Assembly: GCF_000145295.1 (NCBI RefSeq) | Contig: NC_014408.1 | Coordinates: forward strand, 180,001 to 212,000 | Source of the DNA: Methanothermobacter marburgensis str. Marburg | Lineage (GTDB): Archaea > Methanobacteriota > Methanobacteria > Methanobacteriales > Methanothermobacteraceae | Direction: 5' to 3' | DNA: 32,000 nt | Shown: piece by piece, positions 1 to 9,644 of the stretch | Layout: each line of letters starts with the position of its first letter | Numbering within the stretch: the stretch's first letter is position 1 | The notes under the pieces: generated by a model | What the model saw: the letters and a program-made list of their open reading frames with translations, nothing else | What the model was told of the DNA's origin: nothing | Database searches by the model: none | Translations under genes and position numbers: made by a program

Positions 1-423
1 ATTCTCCCTTATGGACTCTATCTCATCATCATTGAGCTCCCTGACGGCCCTTGCAGGAACACCCATGATGAGACTTCGGGGCAGGAAACCCTTACCTGAG
101 GTAACAACCGCGCCTGCACCGACAATTGAATTTTCAGCCACAAGGGCTCCGTTGAGGATGGTTGAATTCATGCCCACCAGCACATTATCCTGTATGGTGC
201 AGCCATGGAGAACCGCGGCGTGACCCACAGAGACGTAATCCCCCACCTTCACAGGGTATCCTCTGCTTGCATGGACAACACAGTTATCCTGAATATTGGA
301 ACGGTATCCTATCCTTATGGGTTCTATGTCACCCCTCAAAACAGCGTTGTACCACACAGATGAGCCATCACCTATCTCCACGTCCCCGATTATTCTGGCG
401 CCTTCAAATACACGGTAATACAC
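1..423 (-). CDS. gamma-class carbonic anhydrase-like / hexapeptide-repeat (LbH) protein, C-terminus cut by the window edge
   Basis: Absent from the ORF track because it runs off the left edge. My minus-strand translation from GTG 423-421 gives (M)YYRVFEGARIIGDVEIGDGSSVWYNAVLRGDIEPIRIGYRSNIQDNCVVHASRGYPVKVGDYVSVGHAAVLHGCTIQDNVLVGMNSTILNGALVAENSIVGAGAVVTSG...PARAVRELNDDEIESIREN. The VLRGD / NIQDN / HGC pattern is typical of the gamma-CA / ferripyochelin-binding-protein family. A GGTGG SD-like element lies upstream of the GTG. The start is uncertain because the N-terminus is short for the family. Confidence 0.75.
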   Translation of the reverse strand, partial: MYYRVFEGARIIGDVEIGDGSSVWYNAVLRGDIEPIRIGYRSNIQDNCVVHASRGYPVKVGDYVSVGHAAVLHGCTIQDNVLVGMNSTILNGALVAENSIVGAGAVVTSGKGFLPRSLIMGVPARAVRELNDDEIESIREN

Positions 424-436
424 GGTAAAACCACCA

Positions 437-1702
437 TCAGTCCCTTATAATGTACTCCTGTTTGAGTATCACAAGTTTATCAGAGGGCACATCCTCGTAT
501 ATGACGCAGCCGGCACCAATACGGGAACCCTTCCCAACCTTGACACCGGGATTGAAGCTTGAGTTTATACCGGTCTTCACACCATCCCCGAAAACCGCTC
601 CAAGTTTCCTGCGGCCCGTGTCCACAGACTCCTCCTTGACCCTCATACGTACCGGCCCATCATCAAAACGTAGATTGGCTATATTGGTACCGGCTGCTAT
701 GTTGCAGTCTGCACCTATGACAGAGTCACCCACATAGCTGAGGTGGTTAACGTTGGTACCATCCATTATGATGGAATTCTTGATCTCAACAGCATTACCG
801 ATGCTCACATTATTACCTATACATGTATGGGCACGGAGGTAACAGTTGGGTCCAATGTCACAGTCTTTACCGATGTAAACAGGGCCCTGGATGTAGGTAC
901 CTGACCTTATAATGCTTCCATCACCCACCACCACCGGGCCGTGGATGGTCACACCATCCTCCACTTCACCATGGATGGACCTCTCAAGGCCCTTCATGAG
1001 CTTTTCACTGGCATCCAGGAGCTCCCATGGCCTTCCAACATCTATCCACTCCCTCTCTGATACTATGGCCCTTACTGGGAGGTCATCCCTCACCTGCATC
1101 ATTATGGTATCTGTTATCTCGTACTCTCCCCTCCGGGATAGGGGGGTCTGCTCTATGTAATCAAAGACAGCTGGACTGAACACATATATACCGGTATTTA
1201 TGAGGTTCCCGGCATCGACATCAGGGGACGGTTTTTCGATTATCTCCCGTACACGGTCACCCTCAAGCCTGACAGCCCCAAAGGAACTGGGGTCGGGAAC
1301 CTCACGGAGAACCATCAGGGTTTCGGGTTTCATATCACCGTAGGCGGATATCAGATCACCCACAAGCTGCGGGTCGGTTATTATGTCACCGTTCAGGACT
1401 ATGAACTCGTCACTCACCATACCTGCGGCCTGGCCTATTGCATGGGCTGTTCCAAGGCGTTCATCCTGTTTCACGTAGCTTATGTCAACCCCAAATTCGG
1501 ATCCGTCCCGGAAGTGGGACCTCACCACCTCCTCACGGTAACCGGTTATCATGATTATCTCACTGACACCGTTATCTCTGAGGGCATCCACACTGTACTC
1601 CACCATTGGTTTGCCTGCAACCGGCAGCATGGTCTTGGGCCTTGTAAGTGTGAGCGGCCGCATTCTTGTACCCTCACCAGCAGTCAGGACGACAGCCTCC
1701 AT
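437..1702 (-). CDS. glmU: bifunctional sugar-1-phosphate nucleotidylyltransferase / acetyltransferase (archaeal GlmU-like)
   Basis: 421-aa ORF. The N-terminus carries the LTAGEGTRMRPLT nucleotidyltransferase signature. The C-terminal third consists of hexapeptide LbH repeats. A GGGTGAT SD precedes the ATG. It lies immediately downstream of glmM. Confidence 0.85.
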   Translation of the reverse strand: MEAVVLTAGEGTRMRPLTLTRPKTMLPVAGKPMVEYSVDALRDNGVSEIIMITGYREEVVRSHFRDGSEFGVDISYVKQDERLGTAHAIGQAAGMVSDEFIVLNGDIITDPQLVGDLISAYGDMKPETLMVLREVPDPSSFGAVRLEGDRVREIIEKPSPDVDAGNLINTGIYVFSPAVFDYIEQTPLSRRGEYEITDTIMMQVRDDLPVRAIVSEREWIDVGRPWELLDASEKLMKGLERSIHGEVEDGVTIHGPVVVGDGSIIRSGTYIQGPVYIGKDCDIGPNCYLRAHTCIGNNVSIGNAVEIKNSIIMDGTNVNHLSYVGDSVIGADCNIAAGTNIANLRFDDGPVRMRVKEESVDTGRRKLGAVFGDGVKTGINSSFNPGVKVGKGSRIGAGCVIYEDVPSDKLVILKQEYIIRD

Positions 1703-1706
1703 ATCA

Positions 1707-3050
1707 TCACCCTATCATATTTTCAAGGTAGGCACGGGTCTTCTCATGGATCTGACGGGCCTCCTCGTCGGTCTTGCCCTCAAGGGTTATCCTTATATAG
1801 GGTTCTGTTCCTGAGGGCCTCACAAGAACCCAGCTTCCATCCTCCATTGATATACGGACCCCATCTATCGTATTGATCTCTGCAGCGTCGGCGAATTCAC
1901 GGCTGAGTTCAGAGGCCACCATCTCCATCACGGCTCCCTTCCTATCATCGGGGCAGGGAACCTTATCCCTTATATTGGGGTAGGATGGCACCTCATCCAG
2001 GAGCACCGAAAGGGGACCCTTCCGTGAGATGAGCTCGGCCACCCTGAGCGCCGATAGTATCCCATCGGGGCACATGCAGAAGTCAGGGTGCAGCCAGGTC
2101 CCTGATGGCTCTCCTCCGAAATCAGCACCCTCCTCTGCGATGGAGTTTGCCACATGGACATCACCCACCCGTGTCCTTATGACCTCGCCGCAGTCTCCAA
2201 GGCATTCATCCACACAGAGGGATGCATCCACGGTTGTGATGATCTTTCCCCCTATCTCCCTTGCCATGAGGGCCAGGAGTTTATCGAAACTTGCAAACCT
2301 TCCCCTGTCATCCACCGCAACCATCCTGTCGGCGTCTCCATCATGGGCTATCCCCAGATCAGCCCCGGTTGATCTGACAGTCTCCATGAGCTCAGATAGA
2401 TTCTCAGGGACAGGTTCAGGGTCACGACCAGGGAAAAACCCATCAGGCTGGGAATTAAGGGTCACAACACTGCAGCCGGCCATCCTGAATATGAGCGGTG
2501 ATAGGTGGGAGGCTGCACCGCAGCCACAGTCAATTACCACCTTTAGGGGTCTTTCAATGCTGACCATTCCAGCGACGGCATCAGCATAGTCATCCCTGAA
2601 GTCAGCTTCCCTCACTGAGCCGAGGCCATCCCACCCCCTCCTATTAAATTCTCTAGAATGAATTATTGATTCTATGATGCGCTCCTGAGATGGGCTGTAG
2701 GCCATTCCATCAGGGTTCCAGAGCTTTATGCCATTGTAGGGTGCGGGGTTGTGGGATGCCGTTATCATTACACCGGCGTCGGCACCCAGTCTTGAAGTTG
2801 CGTAACCAACAAGGGGCGTCGGCACCATTCCGAGTCTGATGACGTCACAGCCACACTCGATTATCCCTGCAATCAGGGCACTTTCAAGGAGCTGGCTGGA
2901 TGTTCTCGTGTCGTAGCCAACAACGACCTTACCCCCTCCCAGGTGGGTTGCAAGGGCCCTTCCAACATCCACTGCAAGTTCAAGCGTCACCTTCTCCCCG
3001 AAACGGCCCCTTATGCCAGATGTTCCGAATAATCTCTTTTCCTTCTTCAT
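1707..3050 (-). CDS. glmM: phosphoglucosamine mutase / phosphohexomutase
   Basis: 447-aa ORF with the TASHNP phosphoserine loop (ITASHNPAPYNG), the metal loop HDGDADR and the GEPSG sugar loop. The start is 1 nt after the apgM stop (TAAAATG). Confidence 0.85.
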   Translation of the reverse strand: MKKEKRLFGTSGIRGRFGEKVTLELAVDVGRALATHLGGGKVVVGYDTRTSSQLLESALIAGIIECGCDVIRLGMVPTPLVGYATSRLGADAGVMITASHNPAPYNGIKLWNPDGMAYSPSQERIIESIIHSREFNRRGWDGLGSVREADFRDDYADAVAGMVSIERPLKVVIDCGCGAASHLSPLIFRMAGCSVVTLNSQPDGFFPGRDPEPVPENLSELMETVRSTGADLGIAHDGDADRMVAVDDRGRFASFDKLLALMAREIGGKIITTVDASLCVDECLGDCGEVIRTRVGDVHVANSIAEEGADFGGEPSGTWLHPDFCMCPDGILSALRVAELISRKGPLSVLLDEVPSYPNIRDKVPCPDDRKGAVMEMVASELSREFADAAEINTIDGVRISMEDGSWVLVRPSGTEPYIRITLEGKTDEEARQIHEKTRAYLENMIG

Positions 3051-3051
3051 T

Positions 3052-4281
3052 TTAAGCCCCGAATTTTTCCTTTCTGTTCATGAGGTCAAGGAGTATGTCC
3101 ATGACATGAGATCCCCTTATCCTGCAGAGGCCACCAGCAGCCGCGGCCCTCTCACTGAATACACTCACATCATCAACCCTGACCTCTGGCCCGTTTATTG
3201 TGATGGGGACAGGGTCCCCTGTGTGGTCCATGACAGATACCGGTGTTGAATGGTCTGCAGTGAGTATGAAGTAGATATCATCGCGTATAAGGTCACCGAG
3301 GATGGAGTCAACCCTCTCTATGAACTCAACCTTACCCTCAAGGTCCCCATCATGACCAGCCTCGTCTGCACCATCTATGTTTATGAGCAGGAACTCGTAT
3401 TCGTCATCAAGGGCATCCTTTATCGCATTCTTTATACTCTCCAGGTCGGTGTCTGTACCCCCTGTGGCCCCTTCAACATCAATCACATCCATTCCTGTGA
3501 TGTGCCCTATACCCCTTATGAGGCCTGTCTCAGCGATGCAGGCTGCTTTCAGACCGTAGCGGTCCTCAAATTTTTCAACGTCAGGAACAGCACCCGCACC
3601 CCTTGGCAGTATTATATTTGCAGGCGCCTCTCCATTTCTGATTCTTTCGGTGTTCACGGGATGGTCCCTGAGGATTTCATAGGATTCCCTCACCAAATTG
3701 TTAAGTATATCGGCGGTTTTCTGTGATTCAGGGGATCCATCAAGGGCTTTCACCTTCTTAGGGGGTTTTCCTTCAGTCTTGGGATCTGCATCTGATACAT
3801 TATCACCCAGCCCGGGGCCCCTGAGGACCAGGACGGCCCTGTGGCCTGTTGACTCCCTGAAGATTATTTCAACGTCCTCAAATCCATCCAGGGTCATTGA
3901 GTTGATGGCCTCTGCTATCTGGGATGTCCCTGACCTTATTCGCCCTGCCCTTCTGTCGGTTATCACAAGGTCATCGTCTGCGGTTGCAAAGTTGCATCTG
4001 AATGCAATGTCCCCTGGCCTCACATCCAGCCCCACACCTGCGGCCTCGAATGGACCCCTTCCGGTGTATACACTGTAGGGGTCATATCCCAGTATGGAGA
4101 GGTGTGATGTGTCGCTTCCTGCACGGACCCCTGGTCTTATGGGATCCATTATACCATTGATACCTGAACTGGCCAGCCTGTCCATATTAGGGGTTTTTGC
4201 GGCCTCAAGAGGTGTTTTACCTCCAAGGCTTTCAATGGGGCGGTCGGCCATTCCATCTATTATCATTATTACCCCTTTCAT
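3052..4281 (-). CDS. apgM: 2,3-bisphosphoglycerate-independent phosphoglycerate mutase, archaeal type
   Basis: 409-aa ORF. The N-terminal IIDGMADRP and C-terminal TADHSTP metal-site motifs match the ApgM / alkaline-phosphatase superfamily. A GGTAGGTGA SD precedes the ATG. Confidence 0.9.
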   Translation of the reverse strand: MKGVIMIIDGMADRPIESLGGKTPLEAAKTPNMDRLASSGINGIMDPIRPGVRAGSDTSHLSILGYDPYSVYTGRGPFEAAGVGLDVRPGDIAFRCNFATADDDLVITDRRAGRIRSGTSQIAEAINSMTLDGFEDVEIIFRESTGHRAVLVLRGPGLGDNVSDADPKTEGKPPKKVKALDGSPESQKTADILNNLVRESYEILRDHPVNTERIRNGEAPANIILPRGAGAVPDVEKFEDRYGLKAACIAETGLIRGIGHITGMDVIDVEGATGGTDTDLESIKNAIKDALDDEYEFLLINIDGADEAGHDGDLEGKVEFIERVDSILGDLIRDDIYFILTADHSTPVSVMDHTGDPVPITINGPEVRVDDVSVFSERAAAAGGLCRIRGSHVMDILLDLMNRKEKFGA

Positions 4282-4312
4282 GATTCACCTACCTTCCTAG
4301 ATTTATGGATCT

Positions 4313-4996
4313 CTATGCTAATAAAATTCCTATAACTGCCCCTGTTACCGTTGCAAGGAGGTTAACATGCTCATTGTTGAGGTACTTCCTTCTCTCAAGG
4401 ACGGCCCCCAGGAGGCTGTCCATGAAGCAGCCCACAGTACCTGCAATCACGGCTATTTTCATTGATTTAAATGGATCGGGACAGACACCAAGCAGAAACG
4501 CTGATAAACCAATTATACCGGCCCCTGCTATCCCTGCGGCGGTTCCAACAATGGATATACCCCCATCTGTTCCGGGTTCCACCCTTTGGAGTGTTGTTAT
4601 GAGGCGTGGTGTCTGCAGAACACCGATTTCACTTGCCATGGTATCAGCGGTCGCTGTTGCAACGGATCCTATGAAACCTCCGAAGAATCCATCATAGTAT
4701 CCAAAGGCAGCCATTACAAAGGGCACTATTCCGTTGGATATAACATTCTTGGCACTTCTTGTTCCCTCAAAAACTCCAATGGATTTCTTGTATTCATGCC
4801 TGTACTTTGTTGAAAGAAGGCCAAGGATCAGAAAAATAAAAATGAGGATCAACCAGTTAAAACCGGCAGATAATATTATGAGCAAACCCATAAGGACCAT
4901 GAAGAGGGATCCCCATACATCAAGCGCACCTCTCTGATATGTTAAAAATCCAATGAATACGCACAGAAGCACGTATCCAATGTTAAGGTCTGTCAT
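4313..4996 (-). CDS. DUF92 / COG1836 (TMEM19-like) integral membrane protein; the plant homolog VTE6 is a phytyl-phosphate kinase
   Basis: 227-aa polytopic hydrophobic ORF with the family motifs RSAKNV, ATADTMASEIG, GGISIVGT and DSLLGA. Confidence 0.8.
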   Translation of the reverse strand: MTDLNIGYVLLCVFIGFLTYQRGALDVWGSLFMVLMGLLIILSAGFNWLILIFIFLILGLLSTKYRHEYKKSIGVFEGTRSAKNVISNGIVPFVMAAFGYYDGFFGGFIGSVATATADTMASEIGVLQTPRLITTLQRVEPGTDGGISIVGTAAGIAGAGIIGLSAFLLGVCPDPFKSMKIAVIAGTVGCFMDSLLGAVLERRKYLNNEHVNLLATVTGAVIGILLA

Positions 4997-5015
4997 GGGG
5001 GTCCCGGTCCATGTT

Positions 5016-5603
5016 TCAGGCTGGTTCCTCTAGAACCCTTGTTTTTATTATCTCAACCCTCTTGAGGGGGTATATCTTCTTTGCCTGGTGGTATATCTCT
5101 GAGGCGATCTTTCCTGTTACAATGCCCTCAACGAATTCCTCGAAGGTCTTTTCAGAGGCTATCTCCTTCACGTGTTCCTCTATGCTCTGCCTCATGTATT
5201 TCTGCTGTGAGGACTTGGCCCTCCTGATTGTTATGGCCAGTGGATGGACCTTAAGCTTGTAACCATCCTTTGTTTCAACTATAACCGGGGCATCGACCCT
5301 GCTTGTACCCCTCCTTATCATGCTCCTGACGTAGTCTGTTGTGACCTGATGACCTATGAATTTGGTGGTCGCCTCACTTCCGGCAACGTTGTTTATCTGG
5401 AACTTCAGTTTGACGTACTGCTTTGAAAAGTCGCCTGTCAGTTCCCTCATTGTTGCCTCAACCCTCCTCTTGAGGAGGAAATCAGGGTCCCTTGATGGTG
5501 TTGTTCCTATATCGTTTTCTCCAAACATTTTAGGACTCTTTATCACATACCATTTCTTCTCTTTCCATGTATCACGTACTCTCCTTCTTCGAGCCTTTGC
5601 CAT
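5016..5603 (-). CDS. rps3ae: 30S ribosomal protein S3Ae (eS1)
   Basis: 195-aa basic ORF starting MAKARRRRVRDTWKEKKWY..., typical of the S3Ae N-terminus. A GGTGA SD lies 4-5 nt upstream of the ATG. Confidence 0.93.
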   Translation of the reverse strand: MAKARRRRVRDTWKEKKWYVIKSPKMFGENDIGTTPSRDPDFLLKRRVEATMRELTGDFSKQYVKLKFQINNVAGSEATTKFIGHQVTTDYVRSMIRRGTSRVDAPVIVETKDGYKLKVHPLAITIRRAKSSQQKYMRQSIEEHVKEIASEKTFEEFVEGIVTGKIASEIYHQAKKIYPLKRVEIIKTRVLEEPA

Positions 5604-5640
5604 TATATCACCTTAAATTTAACACCGTAAAAACAGCTGG

Positions 5641-5650
5641 TTTAATATAA
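5641..5650 (-). promoter_or_regulatory. TATA-box candidate for rps3ae (TTATATTAAA on the minus strand)
   Basis: An A/T element centred about 42 nt upstream of the rps3ae ATG. This would give a roughly 16-nt leader carrying the GGTGA SD. Confidence 0.4.
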
Positions 5651-5834
5651 TTCAAAAAATTCATCTTAACTGGTTAAACCATGATAGGAAGTTTCTACAC
5701 CGCCAGTTATGAATAGTCTATAATTATGATGAGGCAGTATTTAAACCTTGACATCATGGGGGTATATGGTTCACCTTAAGCGGGGATTCACCTGCTGTGC
5801 GGGGTCCACTTCTGTGGGGGTGCGTCCGGGATCT

Positions 5835-6164
5835 TCAGATGGTGGAGTTCATGAATTCGAAGTGCCTCACCCACCTTTCCAGGACCTCACCAACCGGCCC
5901 CTCGTCGGCCACAAATTTCAAACCGGCATCCTCGATTCCCATCTTCCCTTTCAGGCCCACCTGGATGGCTATTACAACATCACAGTCCATTATGGAATCA
6001 AGAACCTTTCTCCACTGATGCTTATCACTTTCAGCGATATCAACAGTTCTTTCCTCTACGAATTCCATTTTTCCATCGCTGTAGTCATATATTAAAAGTT
6101 TTGATGCCCTTCCAAAGTGGAGGTCCACCTCCTCCCCGTTGGAGGAGGCGACTGCTATCCTCAT
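5835..6164 (-). CDS. NifX/NifB-C-terminal-like (dinitrogenase FeMo-cofactor-binding family) small protein
   Basis: 109-aa ORF starting MRIAVASSNGEEVDLHFGRASKLLIYD..., with DCDVVIAIQVG. This is the pattern of the Nitro_FeMo-Co family. There is no nif context. The ATG is 1 nt after the isf stop. Confidence 0.7.
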   Translation of the reverse strand: MRIAVASSNGEEVDLHFGRASKLLIYDYSDGKMEFVEERTVDIAESDKHQWRKVLDSIMDCDVVIAIQVGLKGKMGIEDAGLKFVADEGPVGEVLERWVRHFEFMNSTI

Positions 6165-6165
6165 A

Positions 6166-6744
6166 TTACTCCCCGCTTTGAATCCTCTTTATGAGTTCAG
6201 CCACGTTCTCCCCAAAGCGCCTTATGGTTTCCATTCCCTCATCATCATCCTCAACCTCGCCCGGGGCCCATCCAAATACCATGTTCCAGTAGGTTGAACC
6301 GGGGACTATCATGTCATTTATGAAGTAGAACATGAGGAGTTCCTGTATCGTTGCTGTGTGGCCTCCCCGCCTTGCAACAGCAATGGGGCCCCCAACCTTC
6401 CAGCTCAGGAATCCGTCTGAGACCCTTGAAACCATTCCGATACGCTGCAGGGCTGACATGAGGTCACCCCTGGCTGTGCCAAAGTAGACTGGGGTTGCAA
6501 CTATCAGGCCCTCGGCATCCCTTATCCTCTCGATTATCCCGTTGAGGCCATCATCGATCTTGCAGCGGTGCTTCTTTGCACAGCTGAGGCAGGCACGGCA
6601 GGACTCTATATTCATCCCCCTGAGGGATACTATCTCACATTCAACACCACGACTCTCCACCGCATCCCTGCAGTGCTCAAGGACCATCATGGTGTTGCTT
6701 TCTTTCCTTGGACTTGCAGATATCATTAAAACCTTCAAGGACAT
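6166..6744 (-). CDS. isf: iron-sulfur flavoprotein (Isf; NADPH-dependent FMN reductase fold)
   Basis: 192-aa ORF with a flavodoxin-like N-terminus (KVLMISASPRKESNT) and the compact Cys motif CRACLSCAKKHRC (CX2CX2CX5C) typical of Isf 4Fe-4S sites. The start is either ATG 6744 or TTG 6738. The TTG has better GGAGG spacing and forms a TTGA overlap with the upstream stop. Confidence 0.8.
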   Translation of the reverse strand: MSLKVLMISASPRKESNTMMVLEHCRDAVESRGVECEIVSLRGMNIESCRACLSCAKKHRCKIDDGLNGIIERIRDAEGLIVATPVYFGTARGDLMSALQRIGMVSRVSDGFLSWKVGGPIAVARRGGHTATIQELLMFYFINDMIVPGSTYWNMVFGWAPGEVEDDDEGMETIRRFGENVAELIKRIQSGE

Positions 6745-7520
6745 TCCTCCATATTTTCATTAACATCAGCGCCGCTGAGGGCACTCTGACAGCTACAGGC
6801 AGGGTTTTGGGGGAGCCTTGAAATTGCCCCCTCAAGTGTGTCGATGAGATCCTCCCTCCTCTCCTCCATAACCTCAAAGACCTCTGTGATGGTGAGCTTT
6901 GAGGGGGATATGGATGCAGCGTAGTTTGAGACCAGGCATATGCTTGCATAGCACATCTCGAGTTCCCTTGCAAGCACAGCTTCGGGGATTCCAGTCATCC
7001 CAACAACTGTGCCCCCGAGTGACCGGAACATCCTTATCTCGGCGGCTGTTTCAAACCGCGGCCCCTCGGTGCAGACGTATACACCCCCATCAACTGCACC
7101 AGAGGACTCCACCAGTGCAGAGCGAAGGTCCCTGCAGTAGGGCTCCGTCATATCCACATGGACGGTCCTCTCATCATAGAATGTTGAGGGTCTGTTTTTT
7201 GTGAAGTCCAGGAAGTCGTCCGGGACGACAAATTCACCGGGCCCTATGGATTCTTCAAGGGAACCCACAGCGTTTGTTGCCAGTATCTGTCTGACACCCA
7301 GTTTCTTCAGGCCCCAGATGTTTGCCCTGTAGTTGACCATGTGGGGCGGGCTCTCATGGCCCCTGGAGTGCCTTGGCATGAATGCCACATCCCTGTCATG
7401 AAGCCTGAAAACTGATATTTCAGGTGTTCTGCCGTATGGTGTCTCCAGAGATTCCCTTCCGATTATTCTTCCATGCTCCACTATCTCGTATACCCCTGTG
7501 CCTCCGATGAGCCCTATCAT
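6735..7520 (-). CDS. mtnP: 5'-methylthioadenosine (purine nucleoside) phosphorylase
   Basis: 261-aa ORF with the IGGTG N-terminus, the CTEGPRFETAAE motif and a C-terminal CSC (CXC) motif as in archaeal MTAPII. A GGTGA SD lies 4 nt upstream of the ATG. Confidence 0.85.
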   Translation of the reverse strand: MIGLIGGTGVYEIVEHGRIIGRESLETPYGRTPEISVFRLHDRDVAFMPRHSRGHESPPHMVNYRANIWGLKKLGVRQILATNAVGSLEESIGPGEFVVPDDFLDFTKNRPSTFYDERTVHVDMTEPYCRDLRSALVESSGAVDGGVYVCTEGPRFETAAEIRMFRSLGGTVVGMTGIPEAVLARELEMCYASICLVSNYAASISPSKLTITEVFEVMEERREDLIDTLEGAISRLPQNPACSCQSALSGADVNENMEECP

Positions 7521-7535
7521 TGATTCACCGCCAGA

Positions 7536-8993
7536 CTATCCCTTTGCGACTCCCAGTGGGAGCATCCTTGCAACAAGCATGGATATGCCGGTCTCGTGGG
7601 CTGTCCTGACCACCAGGTCAACATCCTTGTAGGCACCGGGGGCCTCCTCTGCAACCACTGGCATGGATGTTGCCCGCACATAGATGCCCTCACTTTCAAG
7701 TTTCCTCTGAACCTCCTCTCCACGGTAGGTTTTCTTTGCACCTGCACGGCTCATCTTTCTCCCTGCCCCGTGGGCGGTCGAACCGAAGGTTTCCTCCATT
7801 GCAACCTCTGTTCCGTGGAGCAGGTAGGATGATGTCCCCATGGTACCTGGAATTATGACCGGCTGACCGATCTTTCTGTATTCACCGGGAATCTCCTTTC
7901 TGCCCGGTCCAAAGGCCCTTGTGGCTCCCTTACGGTGGACGAAGAGCTCTGTATCACGTCCCTTTACAGTGTGAACCTCCCTCTTTGCTATGTTATGTGC
8001 CACGTCATAGACGATCTCCATCTCCATGTCCTCTGCGCTCATCCCGAAGACACTTTCAAAGGACTCCCTCACCCAGTGGACTATCATCTGACGGTTGGCC
8101 CAGGCATAGTTGGCTGCGGCTGCCATGGCCTGGAAGTAATCCATGGCCTCATCCGAGTCCACCGGGGCGCAGGCAAGCTGCCTGTCAGGTATGTTTATCT
8201 TGTACCTCCTGTATGCCTTGTCCATAAGCCTCAGGTAGTCTGAGCATACCTGGTGGCCGCATCCCCTTGAACCTGAGTGTATCATAACGGCGACCTTGCC
8301 GGGGCTCACACCGTAGGCGGCGGCAGCCTCCTCGTTGAATATCTCATCTATCATCTGGACCTCGAGGAAGTGGTTACCTGATCCAAGGGATCCAAGCTGG
8401 GGTATGCCTCTCTTCTTGGCCTTATCACTGACCTTATCTGCACTGGCATCCTCCATTTTGCCGTTCTCCTCCAGGAATTTGAGGTCCTGATCCCATCCGT
8501 ATCCATTTTCAATGGCCCATTCAGCCCCGTTTTCAAGAACCTCATCGATTTCACCGGGCCTGAGCCTTATCTTTCCCTTACTCCCAACACCTGATGGTAC
8601 ATTGGTGAAGAGGGTGTTTATAAGTTCCCTTATCTTTGGCCTCACATCCTCATGGTCCAGATTGGTCCTGACCATGCGGACACCACAGTTTATGTCGAAT
8701 CCAACACCCCCAGGGCTTATGACTCCTGTGCGGGCGCTGAATGCACCCACACCCCCTATGCTGAACCCGTATCCGAAGTGTATATCTGGAAGTCCAATTG
8801 AAAACTTCTGGATCCCGGGGAGACATGCAACGTTTGCAACCTGATCAACAGCCCCCTTCTCAAGGTCCCTGAGGGCCTCATCCTTCAGGAATATTCTTCC
8901 AGGAACCCTCATTCCCTTCTTGTATGATGTTGGAACTTCCCAGACGGATTCTCTTACCTTAACCAGATCTTCCCTTATATCCATACGCATCAT
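7536..8993 (-). CDS. rtcB: RNA 3'-phosphate/5'-OH ligase RtcB (tRNA-splicing ligase)
   Basis: 485-aa ORF with the motifs [21 protein letters not shown] and [11 protein letters not shown]. No intein-sized insertion is present. Three clustered ATGs (8993, 8990, 8984) make the exact start ambiguous. Confidence 0.95.
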   Translation of the reverse strand: MMRMDIREDLVKVRESVWEVPTSYKKGMRVPGRIFLKDEALRDLEKGAVDQVANVACLPGIQKFSIGLPDIHFGYGFSIGGVGAFSARTGVISPGGVGFDINCGVRMVRTNLDHEDVRPKIRELINTLFTNVPSGVGSKGKIRLRPGEIDEVLENGAEWAIENGYGWDQDLKFLEENGKMEDASADKVSDKAKKRGIPQLGSLGSGNHFLEVQMIDEIFNEEAAAAYGVSPGKVAVMIHSGSRGCGHQVCSDYLRLMDKAYRRYKINIPDRQLACAPVDSDEAMDYFQAMAAAANYAWANRQMIVHWVRESFESVFGMSAEDMEMEIVYDVAHNIAKREVHTVKGRDTELFVHRKGATRAFGPGRKEIPGEYRKIGQPVIIPGTMGTSSYLLHGTEVAMEETFGSTAHGAGRKMSRAGAKKTYRGEEVQRKLESEGIYVRATSMPVVAEEAPGAYKDVDLVVRTAHETGISMLVARMLPLGVAKG

Positions 8994-9009
8994 CCTCTCT
9001 AATTATAAA

Positions 9010-9432
9010 TCACAGGTCCAGAATAACTCTCGCCTTCATCAACCCATTCTCTTCAAGGATATCCATCATGTGAAAGGTCACGGCTTTAACCTCATCACGC
9101 CTCTCATGGTGGTCCTTGATCACCTCTCCCGAGGCTTTACCTCTAAGCCGCAAGCCATCATCATCTTCATCTATCTTAACTTTGAACTTACTGAATAAAA
9201 TAAATTCAGTGTCATGTATAAAGAGGAGTTCATCAATCCAGTCATAGAGTAGCGAAACCATATCCTCGGATTTTATTTCCACCCTCCTGCTTTCCTCTGC
9301 TTTGACAAGTGATGTGTCTGTCATTATCTCGAACATTGCAAGGGCGGCGTTTTCAAACACCTCCTCTGGTGTACGGCCATAGGCCCAGTATCCTGCATCT
9401 GCAGTCACATCAAAGAATTCAAACCTTTTCAT
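9010..9432 (-). CDS. archease (RtcB activator)
   Basis: The track ORF (152 aa) begins at GTG 9468. I prefer ATG 9432 (MKRFEFFDVTADAG...), which matches the usual archease N-terminus and has a GGAG-type SD upstream. It lies 16 nt upstream of rtcB. Confidence 0.85.
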   Translation of the reverse strand: MKRFEFFDVTADAGYWAYGRTPEEVFENAALAMFEIMTDTSLVKAEESRRVEIKSEDMVSLLYDWIDELLFIHDTEFILFSKFKVKIDEDDDGLRLRGKASGEVIKDHHERRDEVKAVTFHMMDILEENGLMKARVILDL

Positions 9433-9516
9433 GGGGGACTCTCCATTTATCTGATTCAGAGGGGCCACTCTTTATTTCATTCACTGGTTAGTTTTCAGAT
9501 GCTCTCTATCTCTTTT

Positions 9517-9528
9517 TTTAAATAAATC
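9517..9528 (-). promoter_or_regulatory. TATA-box candidate (minus: GGAGA-TTTATTTAAA) for the archease-rtcB string
   Basis: This is the strongest A/T element in the spacer. The purine-rich BRE-like GGAGA sits on the side expected for minus-strand transcription. It also reads TTTAAATA on the plus strand. Confidence 0.35.
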
Positions 9529-9644
9529 TCCGGTGAAGATGATAGTGGAGTGGTAGTATGTACAGTCTCAGGAAACCAAACAGTATCAGGAGAAGGGTCT
9601 GGCTGCTGACGGTGGCCGGTGTTGATCCAAGGTCATTCATCTTG

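Noticed and set aside
400-423. A 10-bp tandem duplication (ACACGGTAAT/ACACGGTAAA) at the 5' end of the gamma-CA-like gene, considered as a frameshift or pseudogene signal.
   Set aside because: The reading frame is open from GTG 423 through the whole conserved LbH domain. Removing one copy does not restore a longer N-terminus. I treat it as coincidental (it encodes ..YYRV..).
2029-2589. A 186-aa plus-strand ORF. Similar long antisense ORFs occur at 18846-19418, 20536-21108, 25490-26116 and 27532-28068.
   Set aside because: All are embedded antisense in strongly supported genes (glmM, ftsY, eif6, DRG, aglB). They are Ser/Pro/Thr/Ala-rich and low in complexity, and none has start-site signals.
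5748-5820. A canonical G-quadruplex formed from the G-runs in the spacer.
   Set aside because: The loops between runs are 19, 15 and 11 nt, outside the canonical limit of 7 nt or fewer. It is kept only as part of the broader GC-island finding.
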